Assembly (NCBI GenBank): GCA_016748015.1
Contig: JAAOMT010000426.1
Span: forward strand, 29,620-93,619
Source: Geosiphon pyriformis uo1
Lineage: Eukaryota > Fungi > Glomeromycota
Direction: 5' to 3'
Length of the DNA stretch: 64,000 nt
In this document: in pieces, positions 52,600 through 64,000 of the stretch
How the letters are laid out: every line of letters starts with the position of its first letter
How positions within the stretch are numbered: position 1 is the first letter of the stretch
Program-made: the position numbers and the translations under genes
Notes under the pieces: generated by a model
Seen by the model: the letters and a program-made list of their open reading frames with translations, nothing else
Databases searched by the model: none
Told to the model about the DNA's origin: nothing

Positions 52600-54150
52600 C
52601 CTCCACAAACTTGTTTTTGTAATAATTATTCAACAAAAATTTATATTTTTTATTTTTTAAATGACGATTTAAAGAATTTCACAAAATTTTATAATAAATT
52701 TTGTAACAAATAATAATTTCCCCAAAAATTTTGGTTTTAACTTACGTCACTAATAAGTTTAAATTGATTTGTGAATGATGATGTTTAAATATATATTATA
52801 TGTTATTTTTATTGATTTAATCAAATTTTTGGTAAATGCAAAATAATTATTTAATTTGTAATTATTTTATTGTTTTTCATTTTTGATTTTTAATATTTAT
52901 AGCAAAACTTTGTATCTTATTTTGAAATAACTTAATTTTTTGAGTTAAATGAATCACCAAGATTTTAATGATTATCATATTATATGTTATTATAAATATT
53001 TTAATATTTTTTGATGTATTTTATTGAAAATTCTAAAATTTATTAATAAAATAAAAATAATGATCTTTTAATATTAACATAAATAGTTATTAAATCTATA
53101 TTTTCATTAAATAAAAGTTTAATTAAGCTTTAATGTTAATAAATTTTTAAAATTAACAATAGATTTCCGTTTTGTTTTTGAATAACTTTAGTTTCAAATT
53201 ATTTAGCCAAATAATATTTTGGTAGAATAATTTAGCAAATTTCTTTGCAATGGATAAAATTTAATCGTTTGATTCAAACTTTAATTAAATTAATGGTTTT
53301 ATTGCGTTTGTGGTTTTTTGTTGACGATTGCTATATTGAATAACATATTTTCAATTTTTTGCTTTGGGCCAAAAATAAAATTTCAAATGTTTCAAATTTT
53401 TCATTTATAAAAAATCCAAAAAAATGTTGGATTTGAAAATTTATTACATAAATGAATATTTTTGGTATCTCTGAATTATTTTGAATAAGTTGTTAAAATC
53501 TTTAAATTTTTACAGAATTTCTAACTTTGCTAATATTATAAATGGCTTCAAATAATATTTAAATTATTTTAAGATTCATAATTATTAATTGATAATTATT
53601 ACTAAATATATGTTATTTGAGTAAGTTTTTAATAATAGCATGTTTTAATTCTTTTTTGTAAAATTAATTGTATTAATAATTTGCAAAATTATAATTTTTA
53701 ACTTATATGCTAGATAATATTTTTTATCATCAATAAGAAGTCTTGCTCACAAAAATAAATATATTTGTTAAAATCTGGATAAATGAAAATTGGTGCTATT
53801 GATTGAGAATTTCTAAGGCATTTTATTGTTTTGCTGTCCACTTATCTTTAGAATTTTTGGTTGACAGAAAGTTGAGAAGTTTGGAAATATTAAAAAAGTA
53901 TTTAATAAATTGATAATAAGATGAAAGGCTTAAAAATTCTCCCAGTTTTGTTATATTAGAGGGTTGATTTTTAAAATTTTCAGATCTAATTTGACTCCAA
54001 TTCTTCAGCTATTCTTAAAAGGCTTCATTAAAAATACACTTTACCTTTTCATCACATTTTCTATCTTCTTCAAAATTCTTTGCTCTAGTTTAAAAAATAT
54101 TACAATCCCAATATGCATATTCATTATCAAAATAGTTACAATTATTTAAT
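52600..54150 (-). mobile_element. Decayed Ty3/Gypsy LTR-retrotransposon pol
   Basis: 53760-53965 translates as PSNITKLGEFLSLSSYYQFIKYFFNISKLLNFL...KWTAKQ*NALEIL/IAPIFIYPDFNK, the RT-RNase H connection signature (FLGLxxYYRxFI...W...APILxxPDF). Outer boundaries are approximate. Confidence 0.8.
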
Positions 54151-54179
54151 GGGTCAAACCGAGACTTCTAAGCCAAAAG

Positions 54180-55113
54180 TTTTCCACCCCAATAGATGAT
54201 GCGAGTGTGGATGATATTTTCATTCATAAATTCAGTAAATCGACCATTTCCAACTTTTGGAGCCAAAAATGAGAATTGATTATTGCACTTCCTCGAGATC
54301 AATATTAGGCAAAAGATTATCATTAAAAATCTTAGTTCGTTCAAATATCTATCGTATCCCAGCCATTGAGGCGTATGCTAGTATTTGAAAAGAAAGTCAA
54401 TATATAATAGTTAAAATTTAAGAAGATTTTACTTTCAAATTAAATGAGCAGAAATTTGACATTTATCAACCTTCCACCAATTGAATGCCCAACGAAAATT
54501 TTTTTGATTATGGAGTTCAGCCCTGAGATGTTTTTTTTAATTTAGCAAAGACAGATTCTATATCCTAAAAACCAGGGCTCACTAATGCGAGCGGCACTAC
54601 CGAATCCTTGTCTTGCACTTTCAATGTTACTTGTGATAGCTTGTTTGATTTCTCAATTTAATCAGTCAAAATGTCTTTTTATCTCAACAGGCTGTGCGTA
54701 AAATAATGTGAGAAAATGCTAATTTCAGAAATTTAAAAGTAATTACTAACCCTTCAAAGAGGACCAACGAGTAGGCGAAAATCTCAGATTGTTACAAATA
54801 AAACTTATTTTGTATTCAACTTAATTCCTAGAAAAATCAAACTATTGAAAGTTCAATCGAGCGGAAACACAGGAAATTTTGCGAAACGTCCAAACATTTT
54901 AAAAAGCGGGAATATTTTTATTCGACGTTCTATTTGCTCTTTAGAATAGTATGGTGGAAGTTTAATGATTTGTGAAGGAATTTTGAGAAATAAAAAATTT
55001 TTAAGTCTTTGCAGCTTTTGTAGTTTGCAAGAAAAGCAGAATGCCGATGATATAAAATCAAAAAAAATACATTGTTTTTTTCCAGTCATTAATTTCTTTG
55101 AAAGAAAACGCAT
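54180..55113 (-). pseudogene. Class-3 lipase pseudogene, 3'-truncated next to the Gypsy relic
   Basis: KKIFVGHSIGG (~54473-54505) followed by an intron at about the same position as in the 16-18 kb paralog, then AYASMAG...LLPNIDL...APKVGNGRFTEFMNENIIHTRI; stops and frameshifts present. Confidence 0.75.
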
Positions 55114-55638
55114 TTTAAAAATCCTAGATTTCCTGAATCTATTTTACGGGCCCCTTAAATATTTCCCCTTGCCATAAGTAGCATGGAAAACAGGATAAAA
55201 AAGTCGATTAGTTTTTTGGGAAATTAAGCGTTTCATGGTAACCTTCTGAAATACATGCAGCAAGAAATTTATTTTAATTTTGAAATTTTATTTTCAGTTG
55301 ACTCTTTGCCTTTTAGGACGGGCTATATTGTATTTTATAGATTAGTAGAAATTTTTTCAAAGCAAATTAAATAAAACCTTGGCTAGACTGCAGCAAATAC
55401 AATTTTCTCAACTTACTTTACAAATTCTAAAATAGTTAACTTACAGTTTCCTGCTCAAAGAGAAATAATAAATATTTGTCTCTTACTTCAAATCGGTCTA
55501 AAAAGCTTGGAAAGAATCACCTTATTTTATTAATTACATATATTTATTTTCGATTCGAAAGCTTTTAAGCTATTTAAACAAAGGCTAATGACTATTTTAC
55601 AATGGCTTAAACTTGACGTCATTCGTCACTTTTTAAAA

Positions 55639-56326
55639 TTATAAATTGAAATCATCGTAATCTGAGCATCGATCGGATTCGGATGATTCCCACAATTGAG
55701 AGTTAACCCATTCCTCAATTTCCTGCTCGATCAATCTATCTTCGTTTTCTTGATTCATTTCTCGTAGTTTACGTTGGTAATGTAAAGTCATAGATATTCT
55801 GTATCGGTTCTTGTCTGAAATTTGAAAGTTTGTGACGAGTTCTTCGATTGCCTTATTGTCTTTAATATTTTTCTTGGAGTTTTCAATTGGAAAAAAAAAT
55901 GCTTCTATGATAGAATTGTCTATACTGAAATCTTGAATTGTTGAGAATGTACCAGCAGTGGTATCAGTACGTAAACTTTCGTTATCGGGTGTTAAATCAT
56001 CGTTGTTATTATTGCGATAATTTGTGACATCCCCAAAGTAATCATTAGGCACATAATTTGAGGAAGGGTACTAAAGAGAATGAAATTGGACTTCAAATTA
56101 ATTATTATTATCTTTTCAAAACAAAATTGAAAAATTATGATAGTTTGATACTGACTTTTTGGTTCAAATTATATTCTGTTTTATTATAATAGACTTTTTC
56201 AAACTTGTTGAAATCAGATTTATCTTGATAAAATTCCTCAGTCTTGATAAGTTCATTTGAAAATTCAAAGTTATCTTTCGTCATAATGTGAGCTGTCGTG
56301 GAATAATCGAAATATCCGAAATTCAT
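55639..56326 (-). CDS. Small acidic hypothetical protein; exons 56326-56156 and 56070-55639
   Basis: Phase-0 GTCAGT..TAG intron joins the two ORFs; C-terminus is paralogous to the gene at 60729-61504. Confidence 0.8.
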
Positions 56327-58675
56327 AATTTTTTGTATTGAAAATAATGGGAAGTTTTTTGTTTACAAATGAGTTTATTGCTTGGAGCAATTTGTTGAAA
56401 AATGAGAGTTAGATTAACCATTTTTTTTATAGCTGAGATCAATATTGCAAGAGAATAATAGCCACCTTCTCCACATCAAACAATATGCAAGTCAGACTAG
56501 AATGTAAGGTTTTGTAATTGACATGATGTGTGGCAGTCGGAGATCTACTCACTTGATAAGCTTTCTATGATTCTTAGACAACATAAAGGGTAATGATGAT
56601 ATATTTTCGCCACACAATGTCGTCAGGTTTTGATGCTGTAATGTGGCTTCATTCTTCATCAGTACACAATCGTCACTATTGTTGAATGACGAGTATAAGC
56701 TCAAATAATCAAAAAGAAAACAATTCAAAATTAAATTTCTTGAGTTGTATCAAAATTTCTGACAAGGATCGTGCCCAAAGAACTCCGCAACAATAAGACT
56801 ATTTATTTCATTTCCATATTTGGAAAACAAACTACGTGTATAATATGAGAGGTAATGATCTATTGTGAAATTAAAAAGTATTCATTGAATTTCGAAATTG
56901 CGGAAATTTAAAAGGGTCGAGGAAATTTTCCATTTTAAATTGACATTTTCGAAATTATAAAACCTTTAATCATTTTAAATTTATGAAAAAAGTTTTATGG
57001 ATGGGGATGGATAAGAGCTTTAAATAGATAATAGGGGAGGAATAAATAATAGTGTAAATTGAAAACCTCGAGACGATTGATAAAGAAATATGTGGGTATA
57101 AAAAACCCCTTTTATTTTGAAAAATTTTCAATAATAGCAAAATCAAAAATGAATATTTTAATAAAATCGAGATCTTATAGTTGCTTTTTCATAGTTAAAT
57201 TCGCTCTGGCTATCACATTTCCGTGTATTGATTTTGGTATTAAGTGGTCTTGCTTGCGATAATATCTCACAAAGAAACTTTTGAACCATTGAATTTTTAT
57301 TGAGTTATCGCCTTTGCTACGATACATACCGATCAATTCAAGAAGAAAGTACATGTAGTTTGAAATGGAACTTGATTACAAAATTCAGTTGAAGTAAGAA
57401 CTGATGTTAGCTCAACGTCAAGCAATAAATTTGATATCCAATTCTATTTATTAAATTCGAAACTCTGGCACATTACAGCTGCCAAAAATTTACATGATAC
57501 TATAGAGGAAAATCACAATTATTTGATTTTAAAGCATTTACTCAACTTACGAACAAAATACCCAGGATCAAGTTTATTAAACAAAAACATTAAAAGCTTC
57601 TAAAATTGAAAAACGATATCGTAAAAGATTATTTCTAATTTTTAAATTATCATTCCTCAATGTTTTGATGATTTTTAAGAATTTTACGAATGCAAAAAGA
57701 TTTCAAGATAAAGGTAGAAAGGAAAATTCTCAATATCAATGAGATTCCTATTTTTAAAAAGAAATTTCTGGCTTCTATAACTAGATTTTTTACTGTTAGC
57801 GATGGAAACAATTTGGTATGAGGGAAATTGCTACAGTTCTTGAATAACAAAGTTTTGATATTAAATTAAACTTTCGGAGGACACATAAATATATGGATCT
57901 GGCAAACGAATTCGTTTCCAATTAAACCCTGAAAACTTTTTAACGCCTCAAACTTACATATTATTCTCCAAAGATCTCGCAAAAACAAACTTTAAAATGA
58001 ACCCAAACCAAACCGAACCATCTTGCCAATGCAATTCAACGCTAATTCAGCCTCAAAAAATTCCGAAAACTGAACATGAATGCATAAAATTTTTTCAAAA
58101 CAACTTATTTCCTTGAGAATTTAAATAACTTTCAGAGAAAATCACCTGTCCGCGATACACATGCATAAAATCAGCCAAGCTACGGCAGGCAGCATTATAT
58201 GAACTTTAAGTCATCACTTGGGTTCCAACAATCAATTTTTTTTTTGAATCCAATAATATTTAGTAGATGGAAGATAAAATCACAAAAAGCAATCTTATTA
58301 AAGAAAAGCTTACCTTTTCCGGCTATCCTGGTGCATATGGAGAAAGGTTTTTCATTTAGTTTTCGCTCTAAAGCTCATTTGGCTATCAAAATTCTTTTCC
58401 ATTTAAAAATCTGAGACTTGTTTACTTACTGCAAACAAAGGCATGAGGTTTGTAGCATGTGAAAGGGTTTCATTTTTATTTAAAAATACAACTTTGAGTT
58501 AACTTCTAAGTCTAATTAATTGAAAATAAAATACTCTACATCTATTCTATATCTAAATTTATTTACTCTGTTGTAATATGTACAATATCACCTAGATTTA
58601 CCGCTCTTTATGAATTTTCAGCTGCTAGTTTGAAAAGTAAGTTGCAATGTATAAGCCGTTATCAAATAGATCATC

Positions 58676-59184
58676 TCATGAGCGAAAATCTTCTTGAATT
58701 GCTGTTTCTTCGTCACTGTCAAATTCAACGTCACCATATGTATTTGATTGTGTGCCGAATAAGTCATTCTATTATGAAAAAGTTTTAAAATTGGTTTATA
58801 AAGATTTCAAATAATAAAACCCAAAACATTCCTTTGAAAAAAACTCACAGAATTGCACAAGCTTCCATGATCATTTAATGAAAATGCCTCTTTCGCTGCA
58901 GCTGTTTCAGACATTCTCAACTCCCATGGACCAAAATCGGGTGAAAACTTTTCATGATGATCAAAGAACACTCCGTCATTCCATCGGTCAAATTCTGACG
59001 CTGAATTATCACAAAGGATCAAGTCTTGTTTTTCGGGAAAAACTCGAGTGTTCAAAAGATTGAATTCCCGGGCCAAAAATTGGAGAAAGGAAGAAAGAAA
59101 TAGGCCAGGAGTGAAACTGGATTGTGGAAATAACGGATCGTATGCGCCGTTAGTTTGTGTCGATTGTATTTGAAATGTAGTCAT
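58676..59184 (-). CDS. Small acidic hypothetical protein; exons 59184-58849 and 58768-58676
   Basis: Phase-0 GTGAGT..TAG intron; exon 2 encodes NDLFGTQSNTYGDVEFDSDEETAIQEDFRS*. Confidence 0.65.
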
Positions 59185-60728
59185 GATTAATGAAGTGATT
59201 TAGATTGGATAAATTTCTTCAAAGATTTAGAAGGAACAAACGAATTTATAAGGAAAAATCCGAGAATTTATACAAAAAATCCGCCCTTACCGAGACATGT
59301 ACGCCAGAAATTTTTAAAGGAATCGTGAGAAATTTGAATTAACTTTAAAGGGGCGTTGCACGAGTAAGATCATTTTCCCCTTAAGGCACTCTCGTAATCT
59401 TTGTGATTTATTGAACACACATTGGCTCTTATGATCTCATCTTTGTAAATAATGGCTTGGCTTCAAAAAAGAAATTTGCCAAAATTTTTTTGATCTACAG
59501 GGAATACTGCAGTGTGATGGTATGACTTTTCAATATGCATTCGGACGTTTCTACCACACAATCCACATGCGAATATGTATTATCATTCGAAAATAGGTTG
59601 CTCAGAGTCTATTGTTGGATGAATCAATCAAAGAAAATGGCAAAATAATAATGGTAAAAGTCAAAGATAGCTAATCTTTTGATGAGGCTGGCAAAATCCA
59701 CCCATTTGAAGATCGATATTGTTTTTCCAAGCAATACTGTCTTTATTTAAAAAGGATACTGAGTACTGTAAATTGCAAAAATGGCATGAACCCAAAAATT
59801 GAATTTTCTAAAACTGTCTATTTTTTTTTTACAAATAATGATAGGTTTGCAGGTAAGTTTTTAGTAAAGGCATCTTAAAGAAACTTCCCAATAAATGATT
59901 AACATGGTTTTAAATTTTTCCAAAAGCAACAGTCCCAAAATGATAGAATCAAGCGTTTCGACAAAAAACCATTTATGGGAAAACAATATTTTAAGTTGAC
60001 AACTAAAATTTTGATCGGCTATGGTATTACAAAAATTTCTTTGAAACGCTTATATATATCGAACTTGAAAAGCAGTTTCACATTTGTAATTCGTTTCAAT
60101 ATAATTTTCGTTCTGCTAATAATATATATATTGATTCTTACCGCTGAACCAGAACAAGCTTCAAAAAAGCATATGGTTTCATGATTTTTCGGATGGACTT
60201 GTAACTCTAGATCCTCAATGAACTTGACACCGTGGCGGATTGAAACTGATTAATCAACAATGGAAAACAAATGATTTTATCACGTTTAATATGAATTCAA
60301 AGCCACATTTCTAGTATTGTGGGAATTGATTGTGTGGCGAATAAGTGAAAGATTGGTGCATTGTAATCAATGCGTAGTAGATCATCAAAATTTGTTTCGA
60401 GTGGCCCATTACGTTGTTGACCATTCAGGATTTTCAGTGTTGCCCGATACGAGACTATTCCGAAATTTTTGTGGAACTGGCAGGGTGATTTGGTATTGTT
60501 TCTGCCGAAGGAATTGCGGGGAAAGCTTGATACCCGAATTTTCTAAACAGGCTAGAGTTGATCCATTCGAGTTAGTTAAACTTCATATTTGGGTATAAAA
60601 AGGAATCATTCAGTTCAATAATCGCTCTTTTTTGTTTGAATCATATTCAATTCTGATTCTTCGATATCTTTGAAAACTTTGACAAACGCCAAATTTTTAC
60701 CAAATTTATAATCATAATACCTTTCGCA

Positions 60729-61504
60729 ATGAATAATATAAACTCAAATTCCCATTTGGTCAGCTCTAAGAAATCTCCTTTAGCTCTTTCTAACCAACTT
60801 TCGAATAAGAGCTTTCAATCATTTACCACCCTAATGTCAAATGAAGATTTTTTAAGTGACTTGGCCCTCAGTCAAATGTTATTATCATATCTAAGTTTGA
60901 GTGAGACTAAAGTTTCTGATGATGAATTTGACGAAGATACCTTATATTTCAAAGATTTTGACGGTGTTTATTGCGAAGAACAAAAGATTTCTACAGAAGT
61001 GAGTAAATTCCTGAATTATTCTTTAAGTATTATGCATTTGCAGTTCTCAAAGTTTCCTAATGAGTATTATTTATTTTTCAGACAAATCTCTCAAATTATC
61101 ATGATGAGATCTGCCCTGATTTTTCTATATCAGCATCATATAGTGATATCGAGGAATATTCAACTACTGACGAAAGTTTAAGTACACTAGGCGGTTCAAT
61201 GTCAACCTCAAATTGTTTTAACTATAACACAGCGACCTGTTTCAATTTCTTTAAATCCCCATATCCTAAAAATCCAACTTTTATCTCAATCGAAGAGTGG
61301 AAAAGGAATGCACAAGATGATACAGCTGAGCTCACAACAAATTTTCAAATGACAAATGAGAAACGATCACGAATTTCGCAGATTATGGAGTATCAACGAA
61401 TAATCAGGGAAATGGAACAAGAGAATGAGGATCGATTAATTGAGGAAGAGGTTGGTGGGTGGTGGATTGATCATGATGTAGAGGAATCAGATTATGATGA
61501 ATAG
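60729..61504 (+). CDS. Small acidic hypothetical protein; exons 60729-60998 and 61082-61504
   Basis: Phase-0 GTGAGT..CAG intron puts exon 1 in frame with the 61199-61504 ORF; shares its C-terminal motif with 55639-56326; TATAAAA upstream at about 60594. Confidence 0.8.
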
Positions 61505-62499
61505 TCAATCTAGAAATATTAAAGGATAAAAAGAAGGTTTGCATGGGGTGTACGCAAAATGTACATATTTCTCTTTTTTGAGATGTGAAAATTATATCAG
61601 AGTACATCTTGAAAATCAAAAAAGTTGCATACATGCATAGGATACACTATTGTGCACAAAATAATTAATAAAAGTCTTGTGAGTTTATAATGAAAAAATT
61701 GAGGGCAGAGTGGAACCTGTCCTCTCTTTCACAACTTTTAACACTTTAAGCCGATTCGCATTTACTAATCAATATTTTGATCAAACAGGTTGAAAATTTA
61801 TTTCTGCGTTTATAAATGATTTTCCTTCACTGACGTTCGAAGAAGATCATTATGCATATTTCTTTTCTTTTTCCTTACCTCTTGAGGGCTAGAAAGTGAA
61901 AATTAACAAAAGAGAGCCTCAAAGGAGTAAGGATTGTTATTGATAATGAATCTTGTACGCGTGAAAATTCGCAACTCATCTATTATTCACATAAGGAAAC
62001 AATCGCTAAAATTCTGGAGTTTTCTTGCATGAGAAAGGTATTGTTGCCTGTCAAATTAGCATGCAGCCAAGGTAACGAATATTCCATGAAAGCATGTTTT
62101 TCATTTCTTTTTATCATGCAATGTGTTCCACACAGGACTTGAAGATCAGTCACATTTAAGAATTTCAATGAACCCAGATATTCGCTTCTTCAGAACTTAC
62201 GTATCCTTGTTCACTTGAAATAAACCTTTTCCCATAAAAATTATTTGAGAATTGGAAATAATTTTGGTTTGCAAAGCTTTGATTTTTTGTGGATGCTCAA
62301 TAGGATAATAATTCTCATGCATAAACTTAATTTATGTTGTTCAAAGTTCTGTTAACCAAATATTCCAGGGTAATAATTTTTTGAATTTAAGTTAAGTGAG
62401 AAATTAGAATGCCAGCTTCAAGTCGAAGTAGAATATAGCCTCCAAGATGATTGGGCACAACTTAGTTTAAAAAAAGAATAAGCTGAAAGAAGTCCCTGT

Positions 62500-64000
62500 G
62501 ATAGATTTTTTCAAAGAAAAATTATTGTATTTTGATGTTAATTAATAAGTATTAAATAAGTATTTTATGTGTTTTTGACATATTAATAAACTTTAAACAA
62601 TATACTATATAAATCTATTCCGTTTTCACTGTCAATTAAATTATTCTATAAATTATTAACTATTGAGAGAAGCAGTATATATCATAAATAGGTAATATTA
62701 ATTTGTTGGGAAAATTTAAAACTTAAATTTGTTATAATATTGATTTATGAATTTATTCATGCCTGTATTCGTTACATATATTAAAGCATATTTTATTAAA
62801 ATAAATTTTACAATATTTCTTGCAAAAAGTATAAAGCATTGTGAAAAAAAAACTATTAATATGTTTGAAATATTAATAAATTTAATATATATTGGTTAGT
62901 CTTAATTGATATTAATGACACAAATAACAGTTAATTGTTTTGTTTTGAGCAAAACATTTTATTATAAAAAGATTTTGTATTATGTAGTCAAGTATTAATA
63001 TAAAGAAAAAATGATTAATAAATAAACTAATTGGCTTACCCCAAGACTCCAAATAATAATATTCAGCAATTTATTTAAGAAAATTTTTCTTTTTCACAAT
63101 TGAATTTGGTATTTATCTGTTATAACTTAGTGCAAAAAAATAAGCCAATTTTTTATTGAGATAATAATCTTGTATTTAATTATTTAAATATTTAAATGTA
63201 ATATATAAAAACTCTTTTTTACTTCTAATTTTTATGACTACAATTAGAGCAAAAAATAAAAATAAATAAAACTACATCTTCATATTGTTATAAATGTAGT
63301 TAGCTTGTAACTTGTTAATTTGCAGTTTTTACATAATCTTTATTAATACTTATGTTATTTTTGTAAGATCAAATTTATAAAACATGAAAATATAAAAATT
63401 AACAATTTATTTTTATCTTGTAGTAAAGTATATATTGATTGTATTAATAATTATGTTTTAACAAAATACGAATAAGTTTATAAAACTCATAAAAAACTAA
63501 TCATAAACAAGAAAAAAAATTATAAATTATATATATATATTAATTTGTCATATTTAATAGCTATCTACTTTGTATTTTATTTATAATATTAAAAAAAAAT
63601 TGAATACATTTTATAAATTATATTTAATAGCCACTTACTTTATTAATTTGCTATTTTTGTAAAACTAAATCTAAAAAAAAATAGAACTGATTAACAATTT
63701 TTGGTTGAAATATAACAATTTTATAAAACATAGAGTTATAAAATTGATCAATGTATTTTTAGCTTGTAATAAAATACATATTGATAATATTAATAATTAT
63801 ATTTTAATAAAATAAAACTAAATTAATAAAACTTATAAACAACAAAGCATTAAAAAAATATTAACAATACCAATAAAAAAATAAAAACTTAAAATAATAA
63901 TATTTAATAAAAAAAAAACTCTTTCTCTTTTTTTATTTTATGACCACGACCAGAGCAAAGAGTAAAAAAGTTTTAAATGTTACTTTCCCTATAGTAACTA
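62500..64000. mobile_element. AT-rich eroded repeat block, family not assignable
   Basis: No ORFs, extreme AT content. Confidence 0.35.

Overview
Very AT-rich, intron-containing eukaryotic DNA with one N-gap (18661-19056). The gene set points to a Glomeromycotina (arbuscular-mycorrhizal-type) fungus: single-exon Sel1-repeat genes, Sel1/kinase relics, several class-3 lipase paralogs, a Crinkler-like relic, a GT8 gene and short GT-AG introns. The lipase expansion is compatible with Geosiphon, but that is inference only. Apparently intact genes: two Sel1 proteins, a 4-exon repeat-rich hydrophilin with a CsbD-like tail, a small Ser/Thr-rich GPI-type protein, a 12-exon PD-(D/E)xK-nuclease-like gene, a GT8 glycosyltransferase, a Ser-rich orphan, a 3-exon secreted protein and three small acidic two-exon genes. 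These are separated by blocks of eroded transposon DNA. Two features missed by the ORF track stand out. (1) A full-length but decayed Fanzor2/TnpB-type RNA-guided nuclease gene lies on the minus strand at about 5.6-7.1 kb. (2) A GC-rich ~145-nt element of two tandem three-way junctions with four T-YGAG-G hairpins sits in the first intron of the nuclease-like gene, and the only in-frame 5' splice site I could find for that intron is non-canonical; this is a candidate new splicing-control RNA. A Tn5/Nextera adapter at 17070-17088 marks a false local duplication. All translations, splice models and folds were done by eye and need computational confirmation.
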